NCBI GenBank assembly: GCA_016840465.1
Contig: JAEOSH010000001.1
Coordinates: forward strand, 89,263-109,262
Reading direction: 5' to 3'
Length of the DNA: 20,000 nt
DNA from: Candidatus Baldrarchaeum yapensis
Lineage (GTDB): Archaea > Asgardarchaeota > Baldrarchaeia > Baldrarchaeales > Baldrarchaeaceae
Made by a program: the position numbers and the translations under genes. Position 1 is the first letter of the stretch. The number at the start of each line of letters is the position of its first letter. A model generated the notes under the pieces. That model did no database searches and had not been told where the DNA came from. It worked only from the letters and a program-made list of their open reading frames with translations. Below, piece by piece: positions 1 to 8,600 of the stretch.

Positions 1-828
1 TCCCGACTTCAACCTAGTGATAAGAAGTTCATTTGCTTTTTTCCTCTTCAACTCAAGTTCATTCGCCTTTTTCAAGATTTCCTGTGGAAAGTCCTCGATA
101 CATGCTCTTATGCCCAATTCGGGCCCCCCCTGGTAGTATCCGACGGATCCGAGTACTGTCAATTTTTTTGATAACTCCGTGTGAGCATAAGACCTTCCCC
201 TCATTTGTATTAAGTAACGTTCTGTTGTCTTATGTCCTGATACCTTAACACGACCTGTAGATACCGCATCATTAAGCGCCATTCTGTTCAGCCCACGCAT
301 AACTCCAGGTATTTCGGCGCTACCGATTACTGCTAAGTGTGCACTTTCCAACATCTCCTTTACTAGGAATTTAGAAAAGAAATATGTGATCGTGGCCCCC
401 GATACTTCTTTCTCTCCAGATATTCCCATAAGCTCCGGATCAAGGTTAAGAACCAAAGGATCCTCGTAATCCATTGTATCATGATGATCAAGAATTATCA
501 CTAGATTCTTGCCTTCGTTATATTGTGATATCATACGAACATGAGGCGCGCCGATATCGAGATAAAATATCACTTTTCGCTTGTATTCCGCTTCTAACTT
601 CCTTACGACCTCAGGGAAGAATTTCTCGAGACATATTTTTCTTTCAACGTGGAATCCCTGCTTCTCTAAACATGATAACAGGATGGCAGCAGATGCGAGA
701 CCATCAGCATCATCATGAAACACCACTATGCATCCTTCATTACCTCTTTCACGTACCAACTCACACACTTGCGACAATTTCCTAAACAGTTTATCGTATC
801 TTTCACGTGACACCTTCTGTGCATTCAT
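1..828 (-). CDS. DHH-family phosphoesterase / archaeal RecJ-like (GAN-like) nuclease, C-terminus cut by window edge
   Basis: My minus-strand translation from ATG at 828-826 is open to base 1: MNAQKVSRERYDKLFRKLSQVCELVRERGNEGCIVVFHDDADGLAS...VIILDHHDTMDYEDPLVLNLDPEL...GSVGYYQGGPELGIRACIEDF. It contains HDDADG and the DHH motif (LDHHDT). It starts just after the PolB stop. The ORF track missed it because it runs off the window. Confidence 0.85.
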   Translation of the reverse strand, partial: MNAQKVSRERYDKLFRKLSQVCELVRERGNEGCIVVFHDDADGLASAAILLSCLEKQGFHVERKICLEKFFPEVVRKLEAEYKRKVIFYLDIGAPHVRMISQYNEGKNLVIILDHHDTMDYEDPLVLNLDPELMGISGEKEVSGATITYFFSKFLVKEMLESAHLAVIGSAEIPGVMRGLNRMALNDAVSTGRVKVSGHKTTERYLIQMRGRSYAHTELSKKLTVLGSVGYYQGGPELGIRACIEDFPQEILKKANELELKRKKANELLITRLKSG

Positions 829-838
829 AAAATCACGC

Positions 839-3229
839 TCACTTCTTCATGAATTCAAACAATGAAACTTGCCTCTTTTTGGTCTTTAAACTCTTTTCGT
901 CATACCCAAATGCCTTTAAGATCCTGAGAGCCGCTGGTATTATTTGCTTTTCCACGTAATAGTTTATGTCTATATCGTCGTATGTTGCCATGTTGTACGG
1001 CATTACCTTTTCCGCGAGTTTTTCTCCGCCCTTTACAACAACAAAACCTATTTTGCCTCCAACTTCTAAGAACCCCGTTGTTTCAAGTAGTTTCTTGGCG
1101 GCAACAACATGCGCTGCCTCCACTTTATACTCATCCAACTTTTTGCCCAGAGTCTTCCATATTATCAATTTCTCATAAGGTATCTCTCGTCGCTCAAGCT
1201 TACTTATAACATCCCGAACATACTCTGCCGCACGAACGGGTGAGTTCTCTTTCAGTATAATTTCGAGAACTTTCTCTTGCACCTCTCTTGCTATCTCACT
1301 CCAGTCCCCGCGCACAACCTCCAGACCCACCACATCGATCCTTCCATCCTCTAAGAGCCCAGCATAGCGTTTCTTCGCCTCCGTGAAGAAAATTCTTTTA
1401 TAAAGCTTCTCTGGTTTTATATCGAGTCCAAATAGTTGTTCAACTTTCTGCTCGAACAGTTCTGCTTTTTTAGAGTCCATCTTTATGAATACACTATCCG
1501 TATCTCCATAGATGACTTCTAATCCCAAATCCTTCGCTATCTTTATCGTCCGTCGAATTATTTCACGCCCCCAGGCTGTAGTAGCTTCTGCCACTGGCTT
1601 AATATACCATCGTGCACCAACCCATCCTGCATAGCCGTATGTTGCATTCGCTATTACCTTTATAGCAAGTTGTCTGCTGTTGAGAATACGGTACTCCGGG
1701 CTTTCCGGATCCAAACTCTTCATTTCTTCTCTTATTGCCTTTCGTGCTTCTAAAAGCTTCTTTAATGCTTTCTTATATAATCCGGGAGGATGCTTCCTAA
1801 ACCTGTGGCCCACCTCTGGTGCAACGAAGTACTCCTCGCCTTCCTTCACTTCCTCAGGGGGAACATACGTATCGGGGGATACGTTATAGTTTATCATGAT
1901 ATTAGGATATAACGCGCTAAAGTCGTAAACGATCACGTTTTCGTGAATCCCCATCTTCGGCTTTAAAACCAAACCGCCTTTGTATGGGACATGCTTTCTC
2001 TCAACTCTATTGGGAGCGAGTTCACCATCAAGATACGCATGACGCATCAAGTGCCACTCAACTCTAAATCCCACAGAGGCCGAGAGCACTTGGTCGGGTG
2101 GGAGTCCAACGATTGATGACAATTGCATGACAAAAGACAATATCTCTTCCGCTATTCCAAGTGTGCTAACGGCATCAGCCATCGCATATTCCAGAAGCGT
2201 CTTTCGCTTCTCCCGGTCATCCCAGTATTTTGAAATTTCAAGTTTGTTTATTATAACGCGTTCACTTTTCTTCATTACTCCCAAATACTCTGCAACGTTC
2301 TCGAGAGTTTTCACTTTGACCTCATACAACTCCTCAGCATAGTCAAGTAAATCTATATTTGCTCTACCGGTCACAGATATATGCCCATAGGTGGAGGTAT
2401 GCGGCTCGGAGAAATTTCTTCCAACGGAGAGCTTTATTCCTAAAGTCTTGCATCTCTCCATCAAATACGGCCAGTCAAATCTGTTAGAATTGTAACCAAC
2501 TATTATATCCGGGTCAAACTCTTGGACATAAGATATGAACTCTTTAAGCATATCCTTATCGTTATGGTCATCCGCTAAAAATTGCCTTTTATCTCCGGTG
2601 TTTGTGACAACGGAAATTATTATAACAGGGTCTTTCTCGGGATTTGGGGCACCTCTCGGGTTATAACACTCTATATCAAATGCCATTACCTTTAAATCCG
2701 GTATTTTTGTGTCTTCCACAGGTTTCGGTGGTCTCAAGGCTTCATATACTTTGTCAACTTTGATATTTCCCGAGTTTTCTCTCTCAATAGCCTCCACTTC
2801 ATGCCATCCACAAGGGGTCAGCTGGTGATCTATCAAATAGCGCATTGAATATCTTATATCTGCCTCTAAAAAGTCCTCCACTCCAGCAATTTTTAGTACG
2901 TCCTCTCTATACTCAGGTACGCTTCTGGGGTTCCTACATACGACTCTTAGGACAGTAATTTCCCTTCCGAAGTATTTTCTTTTCACAACATCAACTTTTA
3001 GAATAGGACTACCGAGTTTTGACAGGTTTTTGAGTTTCAAAAACACATCTTCTGGATTTGCGTCCTCAGATAATTTGACATAAAAGTAGGGTCTGAACAT
3101 CTCATCCAGTATTAGTACTCTCCTCCCCGACTCGTCTATTCCCCATAACTCAAGTCTAGGAACATTATTTGAAATAAGCGTATATCCGATATCGAGCAGC
3201 CAGAACCTCACTTTCATTTCCGAAATCAC
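839..3229 (-). CDS. polB: Family B DNA-directed DNA polymerase
   Basis: 796 aa with exonuclease motif FDIECYNPRG, YNSNRFDWPYL, polymerase motifs DFSALYPNIMINYNVSPDT, KVIANATYGYAGW and YGDTDSVF. Confidence 0.97.
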   Translation of the reverse strand: MISEMKVRFWLLDIGYTLISNNVPRLELWGIDESGRRVLILDEMFRPYFYVKLSEDANPEDVFLKLKNLSKLGSPILKVDVVKRKYFGREITVLRVVCRNPRSVPEYREDVLKIAGVEDFLEADIRYSMRYLIDHQLTPCGWHEVEAIERENSGNIKVDKVYEALRPPKPVEDTKIPDLKVMAFDIECYNPRGAPNPEKDPVIIISVVTNTGDKRQFLADDHNDKDMLKEFISYVQEFDPDIIVGYNSNRFDWPYLMERCKTLGIKLSVGRNFSEPHTSTYGHISVTGRANIDLLDYAEELYEVKVKTLENVAEYLGVMKKSERVIINKLEISKYWDDREKRKTLLEYAMADAVSTLGIAEEILSFVMQLSSIVGLPPDQVLSASVGFRVEWHLMRHAYLDGELAPNRVERKHVPYKGGLVLKPKMGIHENVIVYDFSALYPNIMINYNVSPDTYVPPEEVKEGEEYFVAPEVGHRFRKHPPGLYKKALKKLLEARKAIREEMKSLDPESPEYRILNSRQLAIKVIANATYGYAGWVGARWYIKPVAEATTAWGREIIRRTIKIAKDLGLEVIYGDTDSVFIKMDSKKAELFEQKVEQLFGLDIKPEKLYKRIFFTEAKKRYAGLLEDGRIDVVGLEVVRGDWSEIAREVQEKVLEIILKENSPVRAAEYVRDVISKLERREIPYEKLIIWKTLGKKLDEYKVEAAHVVAAKKLLETTGFLEVGGKIGFVVVKGGEKLAEKVMPYNMATYDDIDINYYVEKQIIPAALRILKAFGYDEKSLKTKKRQVSLFEFMKK

Positions 3230-3753
3230 CTTTCTTGCAGTGTCATTATTTTCTTTGATTTGTTATACCTTAAAAGTGTCGTTGTGTCTCCTAGATCAAG
3301 TACCATGAGAAATGCGTCCAGCCCATCCCCGTAATAATTCCTTAGTCTCCTTGAGACTCTGAAACCACTACTCTTGTAGAGATAGATAGCAATATCATTA
3401 TCAACTGCAACTTCCAACAATGCTCTCGATAACCTTAACTCAGAAAACTTTTCCAGTATACTTAAGAGCAGTTTCCTTCCAATACCTAGGCCCCTGAAAT
3501 TGGGATGTACAGCTATAGATACGATATGACCAACGGATCCCTTAATGAGTCCGGCAACGTACCCCACAATTTTTCTCTCGATCTCAGCAACTAAAACTAT
3601 AGAATTTTTGCTCGCAATAATCCATCTAAGCGTATCAAGAGAGTAGGGCCTATCAAATGACGACTTTTCTACTAAATATATTTTAAACAGATCATCTAAA
3701 TTCGCATTACGTATCGAGACGTGAATCCTTAATTTATTACTCATTTTCAACAT
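3226..3753 (-). CDS. GNAT-family N-acetyltransferase, RimI-like
   Basis: GNAT motif IVSIAVHPNFRGLGIGRKLLLSILE and C-terminal LYKSSGFRVSRRLRNYYGDGLDAFLMVLDL. Overlaps the polB start. Confidence 0.88.
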   Translation of the reverse strand: MLKMSNKLRIHVSIRNANLDDLFKIYLVEKSSFDRPYSLDTLRWIIASKNSIVLVAEIERKIVGYVAGLIKGSVGHIVSIAVHPNFRGLGIGRKLLLSILEKFSELRLSRALLEVAVDNDIAIYLYKSSGFRVSRRLRNYYGDGLDAFLMVLDLGDTTTLLRYNKSKKIMTLQER

Positions 3754-4876
3754 TTTCCTCGTTCTCTCTTCTTATAAGCGGTACAGGATACCTTAATAAT
3801 GCAATAACATCGCCAAAACTCTTTAACTGCCTAGCAACAGGACTTTTCTCCGAGCATATGATAATATTTCCTTTACTAGTTTCTACATTCCTCAAAAGTT
3901 CATCTATTTTTTGCCTGTTTTCCGTTCCGAGCGCTCTTATTAAATTTTCGGAGATTAGGAGTTCTTGAATCGCACCAATTTTTGCACATTCGGAAACTTC
4001 ATCGATTCCATAGGCAATATTTTGCTCATTCTTCGCAATTCTTCTAAGGAACTCTTCCATAATCTTTGATTCCTGAAGTATGTGCATATCTGATAGTATC
4101 TTTGAAATTACCCCTCTCTTTATGGCCTCATAGAGCGCGCTTTCACTGGCACTGCTCGTGGTGTCAGTTATTATTCCCTTCGTTTGAATATTTCCTTTTT
4201 TCTCGATATACTCCTTCAAACGGTCTTTTACAAAGCCCGGACCGACTATTACTAACGGTAGATCCTTATGACCAATCCTTTCCACAACTTCCTTTAGAAC
4301 TTCGGTTATCCTCTCAAAGAACTTTCTCAACTCGTACTCATATCCCTCAACATCATAGCTTTTTCCACTAACATTACTTGACAATGTGTGCGTAACTGTA
4401 ACCCCACGATCACTGATCACTCCTATTGTCGCTTCAGATTCATCTACCGCAACTATTACTACTTGGGGACGCTGTACTGCCCTCACCGCTTCATTTAACC
4501 TTCTCAGCATATACTCGGGCCACTCGTCCTTAACAATTTTTAGAGTCGTTCCCGGTTCGACATTAATCGTGTGATATGCACCCATCGGAACCAAATCTTC
4601 CGGTCCTTCTACTATTTTTCCCTTTATTCTCAATCTCGTAGAGTACTCGTGAAACTTGACATCCTCCACCTTTATACCTAAATATACCACGACTCGTTCG
4701 CCACGTTTTCGCCTGATAGAGTTACGTCGGGAAATGCTTCTTACAGTCTTCGCAAAAACCAGGTCACCCGGCATTATAATGTTAAATAAATGCCAGAGAT
4801 CATCGAATGATTCGGGAACTACTACGATTTCTCCATGTTTCAAGTTTGCTTCCAATATCTTCAAGGGTTCACTCAC
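3737..4876 (-). CDS. pelA: mRNA surveillance protein pelota (Dom34 family)
   Basis: 379 aa: EPLKILEANLKHGEIVVVPESFDDLWHLFNII, GDLVFAKTVRSISR, VIVAVDESEATIGVI, GPGFVKDRLKEYI, typical of archaeal pelota. Confidence 0.93.
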   Translation of the reverse strand: MSEPLKILEANLKHGEIVVVPESFDDLWHLFNIIMPGDLVFAKTVRSISRRNSIRRKRGERVVVYLGIKVEDVKFHEYSTRLRIKGKIVEGPEDLVPMGAYHTINVEPGTTLKIVKDEWPEYMLRRLNEAVRAVQRPQVVIVAVDESEATIGVISDRGVTVTHTLSSNVSGKSYDVEGYEYELRKFFERITEVLKEVVERIGHKDLPLVIVGPGFVKDRLKEYIEKKGNIQTKGIITDTTSSASESALYEAIKRGVISKILSDMHILQESKIMEEFLRRIAKNEQNIAYGIDEVSECAKIGAIQELLISENLIRALGTENRQKIDELLRNVETSKGNIIICSEKSPVARQLKSFGDVIALLRYPVPLIRRENEENVENE

Positions 4877-5974
4877 CTAGAGAGGATTATAGGATATAAG
4901 TATGCGATCTGCTGTCGGATACTCTTCGACAATTCCTATTTTTATATTAGGTATCAGTCGTTTTATCTCGGTGGCAAGTTCCTCAACAATGCACCACGCG
5001 GTCTCCACACGACCCTTATTGAAATCTATCCCAACAAGTTCCTCGGGAATATCAAATTCCTCAATGAGAATTCGGCGAATTCTTATTAGTTTTGTGCATG
5101 TTGGTCGTTTGGGCTCGATGACCCCCTTTATTAGCAGTCCGTCCTCAGAGATTTCATCGTAAGGCTTTGCCACATTTCTTGCTCTTCTCAGTAATCTGTT
5201 CCTTAGTTGCACTGCATCTTTTAATCTGCTCGGGCAATAATGAACAGATATTGTCGAATTTTCGGCCGCCCATTTTAATATCTCAATGGCACATTCCTCA
5301 CTTCCTTCCACGGCCGCTAATGATCCTTCCTTCAATCGAAAACCTCTTTTTTTCAACTGCTCGGCATTAGTTTCGCTAAATTCAAACTCATTTAAATTTA
5401 AAAATTTAGCCCCAACATTTTCAAGATATTTGGCGAATTCCATCAATTGCTTTTCGTTACCCGGTATTGCCGGCATCTCCCCACCGACAGTAATTTTTGT
5501 CTTTGTAGCCAATGAAATTACGTGCCAATAAGGTTTAGCTGGGTGAAACCTCAGTTCATCAAGCCCCGCTTTTTCCAATTGTCTTAAAAGGCTGAGATTT
5601 ACACGAGTACCACTTGTATAGAGGTGTATATGAAACTCCTTCCCGAAGGTCTTCTTTAAGAGTTTTATGAACCTTAAAGTTCTTCTCGGTCTAACGAGGG
5701 GATCTCCCCCTGTTATTCCAGCACCAAGAGCGTCCATTAGTTTTGCCTCTTTAATAATATCGTCCTCTTTTTTAACTAAGAGTTCATTTGCATACACAAC
5801 ATCTTTCCATCGACGTTCCTCTGAGAGGGGACAATAATAGCATCTCCTATCGCACATTCCAGTTACGAAAAGTACTAACTTTGCGCCTTCCATGCATAAT
5901 TCGCAACCCCTTGCCAACTCTCCGACTAGTAAGGAGTTTGCAGGAGTCTTCACTATTCCTCGCATAATGATCAC
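4877..5974 (-). CDS. Radical SAM protein
   Basis: CxxxCxxC-type cluster motif CDRRCYYCPLSEERRW, GAGITGGDPL and HIHLYTSG. Confidence 0.88.
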   Translation of the reverse strand: MIIMRGIVKTPANSLLVGELARGCELCMEGAKLVLFVTGMCDRRCYYCPLSEERRWKDVVYANELLVKKEDDIIKEAKLMDALGAGITGGDPLVRPRRTLRFIKLLKKTFGKEFHIHLYTSGTRVNLSLLRQLEKAGLDELRFHPAKPYWHVISLATKTKITVGGEMPAIPGNEKQLMEFAKYLENVGAKFLNLNEFEFSETNAEQLKKRGFRLKEGSLAAVEGSEECAIEILKWAAENSTISVHYCPSRLKDAVQLRNRLLRRARNVAKPYDEISEDGLLIKGVIEPKRPTCTKLIRIRRILIEEFDIPEELVGIDFNKGRVETAWCIVEELATEIKRLIPNIKIGIVEEYPTADRILISYNPL

Positions 5975-6681
5975 TTTTCAAAAATTCTTCTCCGAATAAT
6001 AGGATCCCTATCCGCCAGTTTCTTCAAATAACTTTCAAAGGTTTCATCTTTTGGTACTTCTCTTTTGAGATAAACACCCGTTCTGCCAATTGCATCTCTT
6101 CGTAGTAAAATCTTCACACGCTCTTCAACAACTTTTACGTCTACACCAAGAATATCTGCAACCTCCGATTCACGCCCCACGACGGGCATTTCTATATGCC
6201 CATACTCTGTCGGTATGATTAACATCAGTCGCTTATCCACACCTGGGACTCTTTTCCCTGCTAAGAGTTCTTCAACATTCAGGCATCCGCTAAATTTGTA
6301 AAACTCCCATTCATTTTCTCTTAATTCTGTCAAGGGGAAAGTCACGGAAGTCTTCTCATCGATGTATATATGAGCCTTTATACTATGCCATGGAGTTGCC
6401 TGCACGATTTCCCTAGAATATATTGGATATTCGGCAGAGGAGAGAACTAGTTCCACTTTGTAGGATGGAACCACAACTGGTATGAATATATCAATATCGC
6501 TATCCTTATTCACATCCCCTCTAGCAACACTGCCATGAACAATACTATCGAAACCATTATCTTTGAGGCACACCATTATTTTTACAGCCTTATCCCTTAA
6601 TTCCCGTAAAAGTTTCCACCTTTCGTCCGTGTATATTACCTCAATGGTATCACCTGATACTACTGGCTTCCTCCTTGTCAT
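5971..6681 (-). CDS. Nucleotidyltransferase domain-containing protein
   Basis: Pol-beta-like motif VHGSVARGDVNKDSDIDIFIPV. Overlaps the upstream CutA-like ORF end. Confidence 0.8.
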   Translation of the reverse strand: MTRRKPVVSGDTIEVIYTDERWKLLRELRDKAVKIMVCLKDNGFDSIVHGSVARGDVNKDSDIDIFIPVVVPSYKVELVLSSAEYPIYSREIVQATPWHSIKAHIYIDEKTSVTFPLTELRENEWEFYKFSGCLNVEELLAGKRVPGVDKRLMLIIPTEYGHIEMPVVGRESEVADILGVDVKVVEERVKILLRRDAIGRTGVYLKREVPKDETFESYLKKLADRDPIIRRRIFEK

Positions 6682-7009
6682 TCACAACTTCACCAATCCA
6701 CTTCAAGTAGTCTTCTAATCCGTCGATTATCGGTAGAATAATTGCTTCAGGAACCTCATAAGGATGTTCCTTCTTTATGACAGAGATTGCAGATTTTGAT
6801 TTCTTTTTTGTTGTTTTTATCATGAGCACGTATTCAACTGCCTCTTCTATCTTTCCTTCCCACCAATAGAGGGATTTAGCATTTTCTAATATGCTAACAC
6901 ATGCAACTAATTTCCTGTCTAGCAACACCTTGGCGATTCTCAATGCTGATTCTCTAGAGGGTGTTGTGGTAATTATTAATACGTATTCTGGCGTTTCCAT
7001 AATCATCAC
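6650..7009 (-). CDS. cutA: CutA-like divalent-cation tolerance protein
   Basis: LIITTTPSRESALRIAKVLLDRKLVACVSILENAKSLYWWEGKIEEAVEYVLMIKTT and HPYEVPEAIILPI are CutA signatures. Confidence 0.93.
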   Translation of the reverse strand: MMIMETPEYVLIITTTPSRESALRIAKVLLDRKLVACVSILENAKSLYWWEGKIEEAVEYVLMIKTTKKKSKSAISVIKKEHPYEVPEAIILPIIDGLEDYLKWIGEVVNDKEEASSIR

Positions 7010-7079
7010 CGGAATGCATTTCAGAAAGTTACTTATGAAGGTGGTGATATTTCTTCATGTTTGGCGTCAAGGTGGTTTC

Positions 7080-8246
7080 ATGATTGAGGCTTTCATCTAT
7101 ATACTCATCTTTTGGGCGACAATCGCAATGGTTTCGTCAATGATAGACCTGCGTAAGTATAATATTGAAGTATATCCTTTCGTCCTGAGCTTTAAGACAA
7201 AAAGACTCAATACCTTCATAAACAAGATTTCTACAAAGTATGTTTCCGTATGGAGAAAAATATGGACCGTCGGCGTTGTTATTTCACTATGCTTAATGGT
7301 ATTCGCAGTTTATTTGCTAATCGATAACCTAGTTGCAAGTTTTGAGTCGAGACCTATAACACCCGTTGCACCTTTAATTCCTGGGATTACAATAACGGGT
7401 TACACGCTGATATATGCACTTCTTGGAATCACAATAACAGCAATTTCGCACGAGCTTGCTCATGGAATCGCAGCAGGATCGGAGGGATTGAGAGTAAAAA
7501 GCACAGGATTGATAGTAATTGGGGTGTTATTTGGGGCGTTTGTTGAACTTGATGATAGGGAAGTAAAAAAACTAAGCCCTAAAAGGAGATTATACGTATT
7601 CTCCGCTGGCTCGGCATCAAACGTTGTTATCGCATTTCTCTTTCTTGCTCTAATAGCGACATTTCCCCTAATCATAAGCCCTATTTACAACACCTCCCCT
7701 ACCGGAGTCGTCGTTGTAGAATTGGTGAGCGATGGACCTGCGTATAAGGCTGGCATCACGAAGGGGGATGTTATAACGCACATAAATAATACTCCCATAA
7801 ACGGCGTTAACGATCTTAACAAGATTCTATCCAGAACATCTCCTAATGACACTGTAGTGGTAAGTACGCTGAGAGGGAATTTCACTGTAAGGTTATCTCC
7901 TTGTCCACGGAATTCATCGCGTGGTTATCTTGGAGTTTACGTTTTTGATTATTATAGTTCCAGAGTGCCCCTCCTTGAGAGCATTCTTACTCCTCTGTTT
8001 CCCTACCACATTTATGAAACTTTGCTATGGACGTTCATGATTTCCTTTAGTGTTGCGCTCTTTAATATGTTACCCATACCTCCCTTTGATGGTGATAGAC
8101 TCTTAGCGTCAATTCTTGAAGCGTTTAATATCAGGAAGAACATAAGAAACTACGTAAGGGTGACTGTTGCATGTATTTGTACTATTCTACTGCTATTAAA
8201 CATCATATTTACCTTTATGTCGTTTGGAATTGTGATTTTCTCGTAA
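7080..8246 (+). CDS. M50-family (site-2 protease) membrane metalloprotease with PDZ domain
   Basis: HELAHG zinc motif, PDZ-like segment VVELVSDGPAYKAGITKGDVITHINN, and NMLPIPPFDGDRLL. The start is probably ATG at 7080, behind a GGTGG Shine-Dalgarno-like sequence, rather than the track start at 6891. Confidence 0.92.
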   Translation: MIEAFIYILIFWATIAMVSSMIDLRKYNIEVYPFVLSFKTKRLNTFINKISTKYVSVWRKIWTVGVVISLCLMVFAVYLLIDNLVASFESRPITPVAPLIPGITITGYTLIYALLGITITAISHELAHGIAAGSEGLRVKSTGLIVIGVLFGAFVELDDREVKKLSPKRRLYVFSAGSASNVVIAFLFLALIATFPLIISPIYNTSPTGVVVVELVSDGPAYKAGITKGDVITHINNTPINGVNDLNKILSRTSPNDTVVVSTLRGNFTVRLSPCPRNSSRGYLGVYVFDYYSSRVPLLESILTPLFPYHIYETLLWTFMISFSVALFNMLPIPPFDGDRLLASILEAFNIRKNIRNYVRVTVACICTILLLLNIIFTFMSFGIVIFS

Positions 8247-8337
8247 ATATATGCAAGCCTTCCACTTGAGATAATTAGCGATTTTGGTTTTTGTTGCTTG
8301 ACTCTTCACACAAGAAATATGGCATCAGACGTTAAGT

Positions 8338-8344
8338 TTATATG
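8338..8344 (+). promoter_or_regulatory. TATA box for the permuted 5S rRNA transcript
   Basis: TTTATAT lies about 26 nt upstream of the first base of the 12-bp terminal stem (8368), the usual archaeal TATA to +1 distance. Confidence 0.6.
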
Positions 8345-8367
8345 GAGGCTCAACTTCCGCAATTACT

Positions 8368-8527
8368 GGTGCAACGCCGCGTGAGAGTTAAGCCTCCGCA
8401 CGTTCCCGGGAGTACTGTCCTCCGCGAGGGGACGGGAAACCGGGAAGCTGCTCACCCACATGGGTGGGCGGCCATAGTGCGGAGGGCAACACCCGTTCCC
8501 ATTCCGACCACGGAACGGCGTTGCACC
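8368..8527 (+). rRNA. Circularly permuted 5S rRNA precursor; predicted mature circle is 8386-8514 (129 nt)
   Basis: The canonical 3' part (GTTAAGCCTCCGCACGTTCCCGGGAGTACTGTCCTCCGCGAGGGGACGGGAAACCGGGAAGCTGCTCACCC, 8387-8457) comes before the canonical 5' part (GGGTGGGCGGCCATAGTGCGGAGGGCAACACCCGTTCCCATTCCGACCACGGAA, 8462-8515). Helix I 8447-8457/8462-8472, helix II 8477-8485/8393-8401 (9 bp perfect), helix III CCGT/ACGG, helix IV GTCCTC/GGGGAC with GCGA-type loop, helix V TTCCCGG/CCGGGAA. Terminal stem 8368-8379/8516-8527. Confidence 0.93.
8380..8515 (+). promoter_or_regulatory. Bulge-helix-bulge splicing motif pairing the two ends of the permuted 5S transcript
   Basis: Outer stem GGTGCAACGCCG/CGGCGTTGCACC; central 4-bp helix CGTG (8380-8383)/CACG (8509-8512); 3-nt bulges AGA (8384-8386) and GAA (8513-8515); inner pairs GTT (8387-8389)/GAC (8506-8508). 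Predicted cuts are after 8385 and after 8514. Confidence 0.88.
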
Positions 8528-8540
8528 GCTCCTTCTAATA

Positions 8541-8549
8541 CTTTATAAG
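8541..8549 (+). promoter_or_regulatory. TATA box for downstream DUF1512-like gene
   Basis: CTTTATAAG, upstream of the CDS starting at 8601. Confidence 0.5.
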
Positions 8550-8600
8550 TGGTGTCGGATACAAGTAATAACCATGAGCGATGATAAGATGCCGTAGAGG

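Noticed and set aside
4066-5531. Plus-strand ORFs opposite pelota and radical SAM genes (4066-4371, 4386-4574, 4656-4880, 4902-5162, 5167-5370, 5286-5531; strands as in track)
   Set aside because: Antisense shadows of well-supported minus-strand coding genes.
6891-7079. N-terminal extension of the M50 protease ORF
   Set aside because: It overlaps cutA on the opposite strand; ATG 7080 has a Shine-Dalgarno-like GGTGG and starts a natural transmembrane segment.
8342-8548. 68-aa plus-strand ORF and overlapping 62-aa minus-strand ORF (8452-8640)
   Set aside because: Both lie over the structured permuted 5S rRNA; no protein-like features. Open frames reflect the GC-rich RNA gene.
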